From the NCBI GenBank assembly GCA_046732375.1, contig JBKPMY010000208.1:1-59775 (forward strand): a DNA stretch of 59,775 nucleotides. The letters are read 5' to 3'. Shown piece after piece: positions 1-9,200 of this stretch. The translations under genes and the position numbers were made by a program. Every line of letters begins with the position of its first letter. Position 1 is the stretch's first letter. The DNA is from Myxococcota bacterium (GTDB lineage Bacteria > Myxococcota > Myxococcia > Myxococcales > Myxococcaceae). The notes below the pieces were generated by a model. The model was given only the letters and a program-made list of their open reading frames with translations, did not search any database and was not told the origin of the DNA.

Positions 1-2335
1 CTCGGGCACCGAGCGCGTCCAGCTCTGTCCAGGCCTTCCGGAGCGGCGCCTCCTCGCCGGCGCCGAGCAACACGCACGCGGCCTGGTACGGGCAGCGCAG
101 CGCTCGCCACTGGTCGCTCGCGGCGGCCCAGTCGCCCGAGATCTCCAGCGCATGGGGAGTCGGAACCGTGAATCTCGGGGGACCGCCGCCTGCACGCCAC
201 ACCCAGGCAGCGAGCTCCCCGGCGAGCCAGGGATGATGGGCGCTCCCCGCGAGTTCGCTGGCCTCGCGCGCCTCCTCGAGCGCCAGCCGCTCGTCACCCG
301 AGAGCCACGCCGCCTCGGCCCGGGCCGCACGGATCGGTCCGATGCGGAGGATCTCCCGCATGGGAAGCGCCTGGGCCAGCGCCTCGTCCAGCACCGGCGC
401 CACGCCGGGATCCCCTCTCCGCGCCCGGACCAGGCCGATCACCACCTGCGGTATCGCCCGGCTGATGGCCATCAGCTCCGGCCCGCGGAGGAGGCCATCG
501 GCAAGCTCTGCCGCCTCGTTGAACCGGCCCTGATCGCAGAGCAGCATTGCCTTCCACCCGAGCGCGAACAGTCTCCAGACGTCGAGGTCGTGCCGTTCGG
601 CAAAGCGGATCGCCTCCCCAAGGAAACGCTCCGCCTGACCATGATCGTGGTGACGGACGGCGCCGCTCCCGGAGTTGGTGAGGATGCGAGCCACGGCCTC
701 GTCCAGCCGTTCTCGTCGTGCCAGCCTCAGCGCCTTCTCGAAGTAGGCGGCGCCCCGCGGATCCCCGACGCGTGCCAGGTAGGTTCCAATGCTCGTCCGG
801 GCGTGGACCTCGACGTCCACCGCACCGGTCCGCCGTGCCAGCACCAGCGCCCGAGCGGCGTGCATCCGGGCAGCCGGCACCTCCGAGCGCAAGACGTGGA
901 TCTCGGCGAGGTGCGCCTCGGCCATCCCCAGCTCGCGCGTCGGTCCAAGTGGCGCGAGCAGCTCGACCGCCTCGCGGCAGTGACGCTCGCCCTCCGGACG
1001 GCAGGCATACTGATGGAGGCGCGAGAGCCACCCAAGGTTCTCTCCCTCGCGCCGGGTATCGCCCACCGAGCGCCAGAGCTTCACCGCCGTCTCACGGGCG
1101 ACGATGGCCCCGTCGATCTGCTGGGTGAGGAAGCACGCATGCGCACGCGCCTCGTGGAGGGGTGCGGCGAGCTCCGCCGGCAGCCTTCCCGCGAAACGCA
1201 GTGCACGCGCGTACTGCGCGGCCGCCTCGCGGTGCGACCCGAGCCCGCTCGCGCGCCTCGCCGCGGCGGTGGCGTACTCCAGCACCGCTGCCGCATCCTG
1301 CGCTCCCTCGGCATGGTGGGCCAGGACCGCGAGCTCGTCCGCGCGCTCGCCCCGGACGCACGTGCCTGCGAGGACGGTAGCGTGCAGCGCCCGGAGCCGG
1401 TGTCCGGGGATGGTCTCCAGCACCGCGTCCCGGACCAGAGCGTGGCGAAAGACGATCTCGCCGGGCTCTGCGCGGAGCATCCCGCTCACCACGCAGGCGT
1501 CGATCGCGCTGGACGACGCGAGCGCGGCGAGCAATTCGGGCGAGACCCGCTCTCCGGCGACAGCCGCGACCTCCAGGGCGCCGCGCCCCTCCGGGTCGAG
1601 CCGAGAGACGCGTGCGACGATCGCGTCGCGGATGCTCGCGGGGATCCCCGGACCTCCACTGGCCAGGATCTCGCTCAGGAAGAACGGGTTTCCTCCCGTT
1701 CGCCTGTGGAGCGCGGCGGGGTCGAGGCCTGTACCCTCGGCGAGACGCTGGACCGCCCCGGGGCTCAGCGGTGGGACCGTGAGCCGCACCATCGGGGTGG
1801 TGGCCACGTCGCCGATCAGCACCCGGAGTGGGTGCCGCGGGCCGAGCTCCTCCTCGCGGAAGGTGAGCGCGAGGAGCGCCCTGCGGCCCTCCAGCCGCCG
1901 CGAAAGGAAGCGAACCAGATCGAGCGTCGCCTCGTCGGCGAGGTGCGCGTCCTCGAAGACGAGCACCGTGCACCGCGGATGCGCATTCAGCGCCTCGAGG
2001 AGCGCGCGGAACGCGGTCTCCCGAGGTCCCTCCGCCAGGGCGTTCATCAGCGCGCCGCCGAGCTCGTGTGCCACATCGAGCAGCGGCCCGAGCGGGCGCG
2101 GCGTGGCGTACGCGTCGCAGACGCCGCGCAGCACCCGGCGGCTCGTGCCGCTCGTCGCGCGGAAGGCCTCCACCAGCGCCGTCTTCCCCGCCCCGGCCTC
2201 TCCTCCGATCAGCACCAGGCGTCCGTGGCCAGCCGCCGCCGCCTCGGCAGCGACGTGGAGACGCTCCAGCAGCTCTGCGCGCTCGAGCAGCACGTGGGCG
2301 ATCCTATCGTCGAGATCCGCTCCCCCATGACACAC
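1..2335 (-). CDS. AAA_16/STAND-type ATPase with TPR-like region, LuxR-family-regulator-like; 3' end runs off the left edge of the window
   Basis: Absent from the ORF track because it has no stop inside the window. Reverse-strand translation in the frame ending at nt 2 reads open for 778 codons from a GTG at 2335-2333. It contains ...DDRIAHVLLERAELLERLHVAAEAAAAGHGRLVLIGGEAGAGKTALVEAF (Walker A), TVLVFEDAHLADEATLDLVRFL (Walker B-like) and GGNPFFLSEIL. It ends ...DQWRALRCPYQAACVLLGAGEEAPLRKAWTELDALGAR, the segment that usually precedes the LuxR HTH in this family. Start codon is uncertain. Confidence 0.7.
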   Translation of the reverse strand, partial: MCHGGADLDDRIAHVLLERAELLERLHVAAEAAAAGHGRLVLIGGEAGAGKTALVEAFRATSGTSRRVLRGVCDAYATPRPLGPLLDVAHELGGALMNALAEGPRETAFRALLEALNAHPRCTVLVFEDAHLADEATLDLVRFLSRRLEGRRALLALTFREEELGPRHPLRVLIGDVATTPMVRLTVPPLSPGAVQRLAEGTGLDPAALHRRTGGNPFFLSEILASGGPGIPASIRDAIVARVSRLDPEGRGALEVAAVAGERVSPELLAALASSSAIDACVVSGMLRAEPGEIVFRHALVRDAVLETIPGHRLRALHATVLAGTCVRGERADELAVLAHHAEGAQDAAAVLEYATAAARRASGLGSHREAAAQYARALRFAGRLPAELAAPLHEARAHACFLTQQIDGAIVARETAVKLWRSVGDTRREGENLGWLSRLHQYACRPEGERHCREAVELLAPLGPTRELGMAEAHLAEIHVLRSEVPAARMHAARALVLARRTGAVDVEVHARTSIGTYLARVGDPRGAAYFEKALRLARRERLDEAVARILTNSGSGAVRHHDHGQAERFLGEAIRFAERHDLDVWRLFALGWKAMLLCDQGRFNEAAELADGLLRGPELMAISRAIPQVVIGLVRARRGDPGVAPVLDEALAQALPMREILRIGPIRAARAEAAWLSGDERLALEEAREASELAGSAHHPWLAGELAAWVWRAGGGPPRFTVPTPHALEISGDWAAASDQWRALRCPYQAACVLLGAGEEAPLRKAWTELDALGAR

Positions 2336-2456
2336 CCGCGACCCATTGGCGCGGTACAGGCGGAAAATGGGGATCGATCCCCATGGAGTGGACGCGCGGT
2401 CTGTACTTACGGTGCTCCACATCCACGCTCGTCGTCATCTCCGGAGGTCGAGCCAC

Positions 2457-2729
2457 ATGCCCCGCTATCTCGTCCAGCGAAGCTTCCCTGCTGGTCTGGA
2501 GATTCCCCTGGACGGCCACGGCGAGAGCACGGTCCGCGCCATCGTCGAGACCAACACCGATGATTCGGTGACCTGGCTGCACTCGTACGTCAGCACCGAC
2601 CGCCGCACGTCGTTCTGCGTCTACGACGGGCCGTCCCCGGAGGCGATCCGCCGGACGGCCACCCGGAACCGGCTCCCGGTCGACTCGATCACCGAGGTCC
2701 GGGTGCTGGACCCGTACTTTTACCGCTGA
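2457..2729 (+). CDS. DUF4242-family small protein
   Basis: ATG 2457 lies 8 nt after GGAGGT (2443-2448). The 90-aa product MPRYLVQRSFPAGLEIPLDG...VTWLHSYVS...FCVYDGPSPEAIRRTA...LPVDSITEVRVLDPYFY fits the DUF4242 pattern. The track start at 2346 only adds an Arg-rich out-of-character extension. Confidence 0.75.
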   Translation: MPRYLVQRSFPAGLEIPLDGHGESTVRAIVETNTDDSVTWLHSYVSTDRRTSFCVYDGPSPEAIRRTATRNRLPVDSITEVRVLDPYFYR

Positions 2730-2895
2730 GCACGAGCCGCTTCTCGCCACGCGCGGTGCGGCGAGTCCTGCCGGGACTCACCGCCAGTAGACGCAATCGT
2801 GCTGCTTGACGCCGAGCTGCCGAGGCGGGATGTCCCGCGACTCCGGGGTCCATGGCGACCCGGCCAACCGACTGCACAAGTCTCGGGGGCGCGCG

Positions 2896-5800
2896 ATGGC
2901 AACGTGCTTTTCGGCGCGGCGGGCGACCTGGATGGTCCCGCTCGCCAGCATCCTCTTCGGCCTCGGTTGTGGAACGAAGGAGCAACCGGCCCGGGCCGCC
3001 GCTCCGCTGGACTCTCCCGGGCTGCTCGCTGGCTACGGCTTCAGCGAGGGCGCAGGGAACACCACCGCCGATGCTTCCCCGAACGGATTCGGCGGAACCC
3101 TGGTCGGTTCCCCGGGCTGGGTCGCCGGAAAGAACGGGACCGGCCTCTCCTTCAACGGATCGAGCACCTACGTCGACCTCGGGAATCCGAGCGGGCTCCA
3201 GTTCAGCGGCAGCATGACGGTGTCGGCCTGGATCCTCGAGACGGCGAACGTCGGCGACGACGGGCAGATCGTGGCGAAGTCGGACGGCAGCTCGGGCTGG
3301 CAGCTCAAGTCCAGCCCGGACACCGGAGTGCGGACCTTCGCCGTGGTGGTCACCGATGCCAGCGGCAACGCGGTCCAGCGCTACAGCGGGACGGTCCGGG
3401 CACTGAACACCTGGTACCACGTCGCCGGCGTCTTCAATGCCACCGCGCGGAGCCTGGACCTCTACGTCAACGGCACCCTGGACAACGGAGTCCTCTCCGG
3501 GACCGTTCCCTCCGCGATTCGCGCCAGCCCGGTGAACGTGAACATCGGACGCCGCACCGGTGCCTTCCACATCCAGGGCATCGTCGACGACGTGCGGATC
3601 TACGCGCGCGCGCTCGCCCCGACCGAGATCGTGGCGGACATGGGCTCGCCGGTCGGCAGCGGGATTGGAACTCCCGATACCACGCCTCCCAACGTCACCC
3701 TCACCGCGCCGGCGAACGGCGCGACCGTGTCGGGCTCGATCGCGGTCAACGCCACCGCGACAGACAACGTCGGGGTCGCCGGGGTTCAGTTTCTCCTCGA
3801 CGGGGCAAGCCTCGGAGCGGAGGACACGACGGCGCCCTACTCGGTCACCTGGAACACCACTACCGTGAGCCCCGGGACGCACGTCCTGTCGGCGAGGGCA
3901 CGAGACGCGGCCGGGAACACACAGACCTCGTCCGCGGTCAGCGTCACCGTCAACAACACCGTCGATACCCAGCCACCAACCGGGACGATCGTCATCAACG
4001 CGGGTGCCGCGGCCACCAACAGCAGGACCGCCACCCTGACTCTCTCCGCGACCGACACGCATGGCGCGGTGACCCAGATGCGGTTCTCGAACACCGGCAG
4101 CTCGTTCTCGACCGCGGAGGCCTACGCCACGACCAAGATCTGGACCCTGACCAACGGCGCCGGGACCAAGACCGTCTACGTGCAGTTCCGGGATGCAGCC
4201 GGGAACTGGTCGGGCTCGTTCACCGACAGCATCGTGCTCGATACCACGGCGCCGACGATCTCGTTCGTGGCCGCCTCGGGCATCACCGGCAGCTCCGCCA
4301 GCATCACCTGGACCACCAGCGAGCCGTCGACGTCGCGGGTGGAGTACGGGCTCACCACGGCGTTCGGATCGTTCACCCCACTCGACTCAACCCTGGTGAG
4401 CAGCCATGCGGTCACCGTCAGCGGGCTCTCTCCGGCGACCACCTACCGGTACCGGGTCCGGTCGATCGACGCCGCGGGGAACGAGCGGGTGGGAAACAAC
4501 AACACCTTCACCACGGCCGCGGGAGCGGACATCGTTCCGCCGAGCACGCCGACCGGACTCGCCGCGGTCGCGGCCTCACCGATGCAGGTCAACCTGAGCT
4601 GGAACGCCGCCACGGACAACGTGGGCATCACCGGCTACATCGTGTTCCGGAACGGCGTTCAGGTCGGCACTCCCGCCGGGACCTCGTTCTCCGACACCGG
4701 GCTCTCGCGGGCGACGAGCTACTCGTACACCGTCGCGGCGCGGGACGCGGCCGGAAACCTGTCCGCGCAGTCCACCCCGCCGGTGGCCATCACCACACCG
4801 GCCTTCGCCATCAGTGCGGTGCGCGCGGAGACGATCACCTCCACCAGCGCGATCATCCTCTGGACGACCGATCAGCTCACGACCTCGCAGGTGGAGTACG
4901 GGACGACCACCTCCTACGGCACCGTCACGCCGCTCGACGCAGCCCTGACCACCGGCCACTCGGTCAATCTCTCCGGGCTCTCGGCGAACACGACCTACCA
5001 CTACCGGGTGATCTCCAGGGACGCGGCCGCGAGCTCCATCGCCTCCGGGGACAACGTGTTCACCACCCTCTCGGGTGGGACGAGCGGGACGTTCCAGAAC
5101 GAGATCCTGATCGGCAGCGGGCTGAACCTGCCCACGGCGATCAAGTTCCTTCCCAACGGCGACATGCTGGTGCTGGAGCTGGGAGGCCGGATCCGGAGGG
5201 TGAACACCGCGACCTGGACCATCTACCCCACGACCTTCCTCACCCTGACCAACATCGGGACCCAGAACGGCCAGCAGGGGCTGATGGACCTGGTCCTCGA
5301 TCCGAACTTCGCCACCAACCGCTTCTATTACGTGTTCTACACGCTCGGGTCGCCCAACCGCGACCGGGCCTCCCGGTTCACCGCCACCGCGGATCTCACC
5401 GGGACCGTCGCCGGATCCGAGTTCGTCATCTACCAGGATCCAGATACGGCCGACATCGAGCACCACGGCGGCGCGCTCAACTTCGGCAACGACGGCAAGC
5501 TCTACATCACCACCGGCGAGCACTTCAATCCCAACCTCGCCCAGTCGCTGACCAGCTCTCGCGGGAAGCTCCTTCGCTTCAATTCAGACGGGACGATTCC
5601 CACCGACAACCCGTTCCACGACGGGGCGGGACCGAACGTGGACTCGATCTGGGCGCTCGGGCTGCGGAATCCCTTCCGGGCGTCGATCGACCCGCCGACC
5701 GGGCGGCTCTACATCGGAGACGTCGGAGGAAACGTCAACTCCACCGCGCAGGAGGAGCTCCACGTCGGGGCGCGAGGCGCGAACTTCGGCTGGCCCATCT

Positions 5801-7656
5801 GCGAGGGCTTCTCCTGCGGATCCAATCCGACATTCACCAGCCCGATCTACGCCTACGCCCACAACGGCCGGGATTCGGCGATCACCGGTGGGTTCGTCTA
5901 CCGCGGGACCCAGTTCCCGTCCCAGTACCGGGGCAGCTACTTCTTTGCCGACTACGCGCAGAACTGGATCAAGCGACTGACCTTCGACGCGAACGGGAAC
6001 GTCACCGGCGTGTTCAACTTCGAGCCGCCCGACGGCACACCGGACGGCCCCTACGGAGACATCGTCTACCTGTGCGAGGGTCCGGACGGCGCCCTCTACT
6101 ACGTCGACCTCGGCTACTCGGACACGACCGGCGAGGTCGGGATCAGCAAGGTCCGGCGGATCCGGTTCGTGGGTGCCGCCAACCAGCCGCCGGTCGCGGT
6201 GGCCAGCGCCCAGCCCACCGGAGGGCCTCCGCCGCTGATGGTCACCTTCTCCAGCGCCGGGACGGCCGATCCCGAGGGGGCTCCCCTGAGCTACCTCTGG
6301 ACCTTCGGGGACGGCGCCACCTCCACCGCACCCAGCCCGGTCCACACCTACGCCGCCAGCGGCAGGTACACGGCCCAGCTCTCCGTCTCCGATGGAGTGA
6401 ACACCACCCTCGCGGCGCCCATCTCCCTGAACGTCGGCAACCGGCCCACGCCGACCATCCTCGCGCCGGGCAACGGGTCTCTCTTCCGGGCCGGCAACGT
6501 CATCGCCTTCTCCGGGACCGCCACCGACGCGGAGGACGGCACGCTGCCCGCGAGCGCGTTCAGCTGGTCGATCGATTTCCTGCACGGGGGACACGTCCAC
6601 CCTGCTCTCCCCCAGAACGGCGTCACCTCGGGGACCTTCACCATTCCCCTGGAGGGTCACGACTTCAGCGGTGACACCCGCTACCGGTTCACCCTCACCG
6701 TCACCGATTCCGACGGGCTGCAGGGCTCGACCTCGGTGCTGGTCTTCCCGGACAAGGTGAACCTGACCTTCAGCACCGTTCCCAGCGGGCTCGACATCAC
6801 GCTCGATGGCATCCCGCGACCGACGCCGTTCGTTCACGACACGCTGATCGGCTTCCACCACACGATCATCGCCTCGAACCAGACCGTGGGACAGAGCGTG
6901 TACACGTTCGCCTCCTGGTCGGATGGCGCCGCCCAGCAGCACGTGATCACCGTCCCGACCTCGGCGCAGTCGTACGTCGCGACCTACACCGTCCAGCAGA
7001 ATCCGCTGCCGGGAGGGCTCGTCGCGGGGTATCGCTTCAGCGAGGGCGCCGGCATCACCACCGCCGACCTCTCCGGCAACGGGATCACCGGGACACTGAC
7101 CAATGGGCCCGGCTGGACGACCGGGCAGTACGGAGGAGGGCTCTCCTTCACCGGCGACGACTTCATCAACCTGGGGAATCCCGCGCAGCTGCAGATGACC
7201 GGGAGCATGACCCTCACCGCGTGGATCCGGACCAGCAGCAATCCCGTCGACGATGCGTCGATCGTCTCCAAGTGTGGCGACGTGGGCTGGCAGCTCAAGA
7301 CCACTGCCGACACCGGCTCGCGGACGCTCGGGCTCCAGATCAGCGGCCCAGGCGGAGAGGCCGTCCAGCGCTACGGCGCGACGGTGCTGACCGCCGGGAC
7401 CTGGTACCACGTCGCCGGCGTGTACGACGCCTCGGCGCGAACCCTCTCGGTGTACCTCAACGGCGCGCTCAACAACGGAGTTCTCGCCGGGACGATCCCG
7501 GCGTCCCAGGGCAACAGCCCGGTGAACGCGAACATCGGGCAACGGGCCGGCTCACCGGTGATCTTCAACTTCCTCGGGGTCATCGACGAGGTGCACGTCT
7601 TCAACCGCGCCCTGTCGGCGGCGGAGATCGTGACCGACATGACCATTCCCCGCTGA
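2896..7656 (+). CDS. 1,586-aa multidomain lipoprotein: LamG-like / Ig-like x2 / FN3-like x3 / soluble glucose-sorbosone dehydrogenase (GSDH) beta-propeller / PKD / beta-sandwich modules / LamG-like
   Basis: In frame with track ORF 2806..7656. ATG 2896 gives MATCFSARRATWMVPLASILFGLGC, a signal peptide plus lipobox. GSDH motifs are HHGGALNFGNDGKLYITTGE, GLRNPFRASIDPPTGRLYIGDVGG and GANFGWP. The PKD motif is LSYLWTFGDGATSTAPSPVHTYAASGRYTAQLSVSDG. LamG motifs TWYHVAGV...NGVL.GT.P...SPVN.NIG occur at both ends. Confidence 0.85.
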   Translation: MATCFSARRATWMVPLASILFGLGCGTKEQPARAAAPLDSPGLLAGYGFSEGAGNTTADASPNGFGGTLVGSPGWVAGKNGTGLSFNGSSTYVDLGNPSGLQFSGSMTVSAWILETANVGDDGQIVAKSDGSSGWQLKSSPDTGVRTFAVVVTDASGNAVQRYSGTVRALNTWYHVAGVFNATARSLDLYVNGTLDNGVLSGTVPSAIRASPVNVNIGRRTGAFHIQGIVDDVRIYARALAPTEIVADMGSPVGSGIGTPDTTPPNVTLTAPANGATVSGSIAVNATATDNVGVAGVQFLLDGASLGAEDTTAPYSVTWNTTTVSPGTHVLSARARDAAGNTQTSSAVSVTVNNTVDTQPPTGTIVINAGAAATNSRTATLTLSATDTHGAVTQMRFSNTGSSFSTAEAYATTKIWTLTNGAGTKTVYVQFRDAAGNWSGSFTDSIVLDTTAPTISFVAASGITGSSASITWTTSEPSTSRVEYGLTTAFGSFTPLDSTLVSSHAVTVSGLSPATTYRYRVRSIDAAGNERVGNNNTFTTAAGADIVPPSTPTGLAAVAASPMQVNLSWNAATDNVGITGYIVFRNGVQVGTPAGTSFSDTGLSRATSYSYTVAARDAAGNLSAQSTPPVAITTPAFAISAVRAETITSTSAIILWTTDQLTTSQVEYGTTTSYGTVTPLDAALTTGHSVNLSGLSANTTYHYRVISRDAAASSIASGDNVFTTLSGGTSGTFQNEILIGSGLNLPTAIKFLPNGDMLVLELGGRIRRVNTATWTIYPTTFLTLTNIGTQNGQQGLMDLVLDPNFATNRFYYVFYTLGSPNRDRASRFTATADLTGTVAGSEFVIYQDPDTADIEHHGGALNFGNDGKLYITTGEHFNPNLAQSLTSSRGKLLRFNSDGTIPTDNPFHDGAGPNVDSIWALGLRNPFRASIDPPTGRLYIGDVGGNVNSTAQEELHVGARGANFGWPICEGFSCGSNPTFTSPIYAYAHNGRDSAITGGFVYRGTQFPSQYRGSYFFADYAQNWIKRLTFDANGNVTGVFNFEPPDGTPDGPYGDIVYLCEGPDGALYYVDLGYSDTTGEVGISKVRRIRFVGAANQPPVAVASAQPTGGPPPLMVTFSSAGTADPEGAPLSYLWTFGDGATSTAPSPVHTYAASGRYTAQLSVSDGVNTTLAAPISLNVGNRPTPTILAPGNGSLFRAGNVIAFSGTATDAEDGTLPASAFSWSIDFLHGGHVHPALPQNGVTSGTFTIPLEGHDFSGDTRYRFTLTVTDSDGLQGSTSVLVFPDKVNLTFSTVPSGLDITLDGIPRPTPFVHDTLIGFHHTIIASNQTVGQSVYTFASWSDGAAQQHVITVPTSAQSYVATYTVQQNPLPGGLVAGYRFSEGAGITTADLSGNGITGTLTNGPGWTTGQYGGGLSFTGDDFINLGNPAQLQMTGSMTLTAWIRTSSNPVDDASIVSKCGDVGWQLKTTADTGSRTLGLQISGPGGEAVQRYGATVLTAGTWYHVAGVYDASARTLSVYLNGALNNGVLAGTIPASQGNSPVNANIGQRAGSPVIFNFLGVIDEVHVFNRALSAAEIVTDMTIPR

Positions 7657-7685
7657 GGCAGGCGCAGACGCCCTCGCGGCCGGAC

Positions 7686-7703
7686 GGTGACAAATTCGTC
7701 ACC
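7686..7703. promoter_or_regulatory. Perfect dyad GGTGAC-AAATTC-GTCACC with an AT-rich core; candidate upstream activator or operator site for the urt operon
   Basis: Read directly: ggtgacaaattcgtcacc. A related inverted copy of the core, tgacgaaattgtcc, sits at 7803-7816, and gacaattctgt at about 7729. All lie in the 305-nt gap upstream of urtA and are conspicuous AT-rich patches in GC-rich DNA. Confidence 0.3.
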
Positions 7704-7900
7704 TGCTCGTGCGATCCGACAATTCTGTATGGCGAGGCGCGTCACCCTCCGAGATCCGGACCGGAGGCGGCGGCAGGTGGCACTGACCGGTCGGTAGGCG
7801 CCTGACGAAATTGTCCGCGTCTGGATCGAGTCCTACAAATCCGTCAGTCCGGCTCGATGTCAGATCGGGACGCCCCCGAGGGGGCGCACTCGCCGCTCCA

Positions 7901-7916
7901 TGGTCCATCGCTTGCA
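7901..7916 (+). promoter_or_regulatory. Candidate sigma-54 (-24/-12) promoter for urtA
   Basis: TGGTCCATCGCTTGCA matches TGGCACG-N4-TTGCW, with GG and GC at the canonical 11-nt offset and a full TTGCA -12 element. It lies 46 nt upstream of the urtA ATG (7962). Confidence 0.45.
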
Positions 7917-7961
7917 GCCTCCGCCGCCGGCCCGCGGTGGGCCGAAGGAGACGAGCGAACG

Positions 7962-9200
7962 ATGAACAGAGGCCTCGGGCTCGCAGCGCTGTCAGGTTTT
8001 CTCATGCTCGCCTCGGTCGATGCGAGAGCGGAGGAGACGATCAAGGTCGGCATCCTCCACTCCCTCTCCGGAACGATGGCCATCAGCGAGACCTCGCTGA
8101 AGGACGTGGCGCTGATGACCATCCAGGAGCTCAACGCCCGAGGCGGCGTGCTGGGGAAGAAGATAGAGCCGGTGATGGTGGACCCGGCGTCCAACTGGCC
8201 GCTGTTCGCCGAGAAGGCCCGGCAGCTCCTGACCAAGGACAAGGTCGCGGCGGTATTCGGCTGCTGGACCTCGGTCTCCCGGAAGTCGGTCCTCCCGGTC
8301 TTCGAGGAGCTGAACGGGCTCCTCTTCTACCCCGTGCAGTACGAGGGCGAGGAGCTGAGCCAGAACGTCTTCTACACCGGCGCCGCGCCGAACCAGCAGG
8401 CCATCCCGGCGGTGGAGTACCTGATGTCCAGGGAAGGTGGCGGTGCGACGCGTTTCTTCCTGCTCGGCACCGACTACGTCTATCCGCGGACCACCAACAA
8501 GATCCTCCGGGCGTTCCTCCACTCCAAGGGAGTCACCGACAAGGACATCCAGGAGACCTACACGCCGTTCGGCCACAGCGACTACCAGACCATCGTCGCG
8601 CAGATCAAAGCGTTCGGCGCGGGCGGGCACACCGCGGTCATCTCCACCATCAACGGTGACTCGAACGTTCCCTTCTACAAGGAGCTCGGCAACCAGGGCC
8701 TGAAGGCGACCGACATCCCGGTGGTGGCCTTCAGCGTGGGCGAGGAGGAGCTGCGGGGCATCGACACCAAGCCGCTGGTGGGTCACCTCGCGGCCTGGAA
8801 CTACTTCATGTCGGTCAAGAACCCCGCGAACAGCGCCTTCATCAAGCAGTGGAAGGAGTACGTGAAGAAGAACAACCTCCCCGGAGGCGACTCGCGGGTC
8901 ACCAACGATCCGATGGAGGCCACCTACGTCGGCATCCACATGTGGGCCCAGGCGGTGAAGAAGGCCGGGACCGTCAAGGTGGACGCGGTGCGCGCCGCGA
9001 TGAGCGGTCAGACCTTCACCGCTCCCTCGGGCTTCACCCTGAAGATGGACGAGACCAATCACCACCTCTGGAAGCCGGTGATGATCGGCGAGGTCCAGGG
9101 CAACGGTCAGTTCTCGGTGGTGTGGAAGACCTCCAAGCCCGTCCGCGCGCAGCCCTGGAGCCCGTACATCCCCGGCAATGAGAAGCGTGCGGAGCGCTGA
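7962..9200 (+). CDS. urtA: urea ABC transporter substrate-binding protein UrtA
   Basis: ATG 7962 follows GAAGGAG (7944-7950). The product starts MNRGLGLAALSGFLMLASVDARAEETIKVGILHSLSGTMAISETSLKD..., a signal peptide plus the UrtA/LivK-type periplasmic binding fold. It is followed by urtBCDE. Confidence 0.9.
   Translation: MNRGLGLAALSGFLMLASVDARAEETIKVGILHSLSGTMAISETSLKDVALMTIQELNARGGVLGKKIEPVMVDPASNWPLFAEKARQLLTKDKVAAVFGCWTSVSRKSVLPVFEELNGLLFYPVQYEGEELSQNVFYTGAAPNQQAIPAVEYLMSREGGGATRFFLLGTDYVYPRTTNKILRAFLHSKGVTDKDIQETYTPFGHSDYQTIVAQIKAFGAGGHTAVISTINGDSNVPFYKELGNQGLKATDIPVVAFSVGEEELRGIDTKPLVGHLAAWNYFMSVKNPANSAFIKQWKEYVKKNNLPGGDSRVTNDPMEATYVGIHMWAQAVKKAGTVKVDAVRAAMSGQTFTAPSGFTLKMDETNHHLWKPVMIGEVQGNGQFSVVWKTSKPVRAQPWSPYIPGNEKRAER

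Noticed and set aside
152-2563. 803-aa + strand ORF, plus 1104..2330 (+), 1092..1973 (-) and 294..1031 (-)
   Set aside because: These are Arg/Pro/Gly/Ser-rich low-complexity translations with no family resemblance. They overlap the coherent minus-strand AAA_16/LuxR-like frame and are classic shadow ORFs of GC-rich DNA.
2689-7542. Long alternative-frame and antisense ORFs inside the big lipoprotein gene (2799..6674 +, 2689..4062 -, 4576..5523 -, 5584..7542 -)
   Set aside because: All lie within the 2896..7656 CDS, whose translation shows clean, recognisable domains. The alternatives read as Arg/Gly/Asp-rich noise.
7778-7792. TGGCAC at 7778-7783 as the urtA sigma-54 promoter
   Set aside because: The -24 hexamer is perfect, but the -12 position reads GGTC instead of TTGC, with no GC dinucleotide at the required offset. 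The element at 7901-7916 fits far better.
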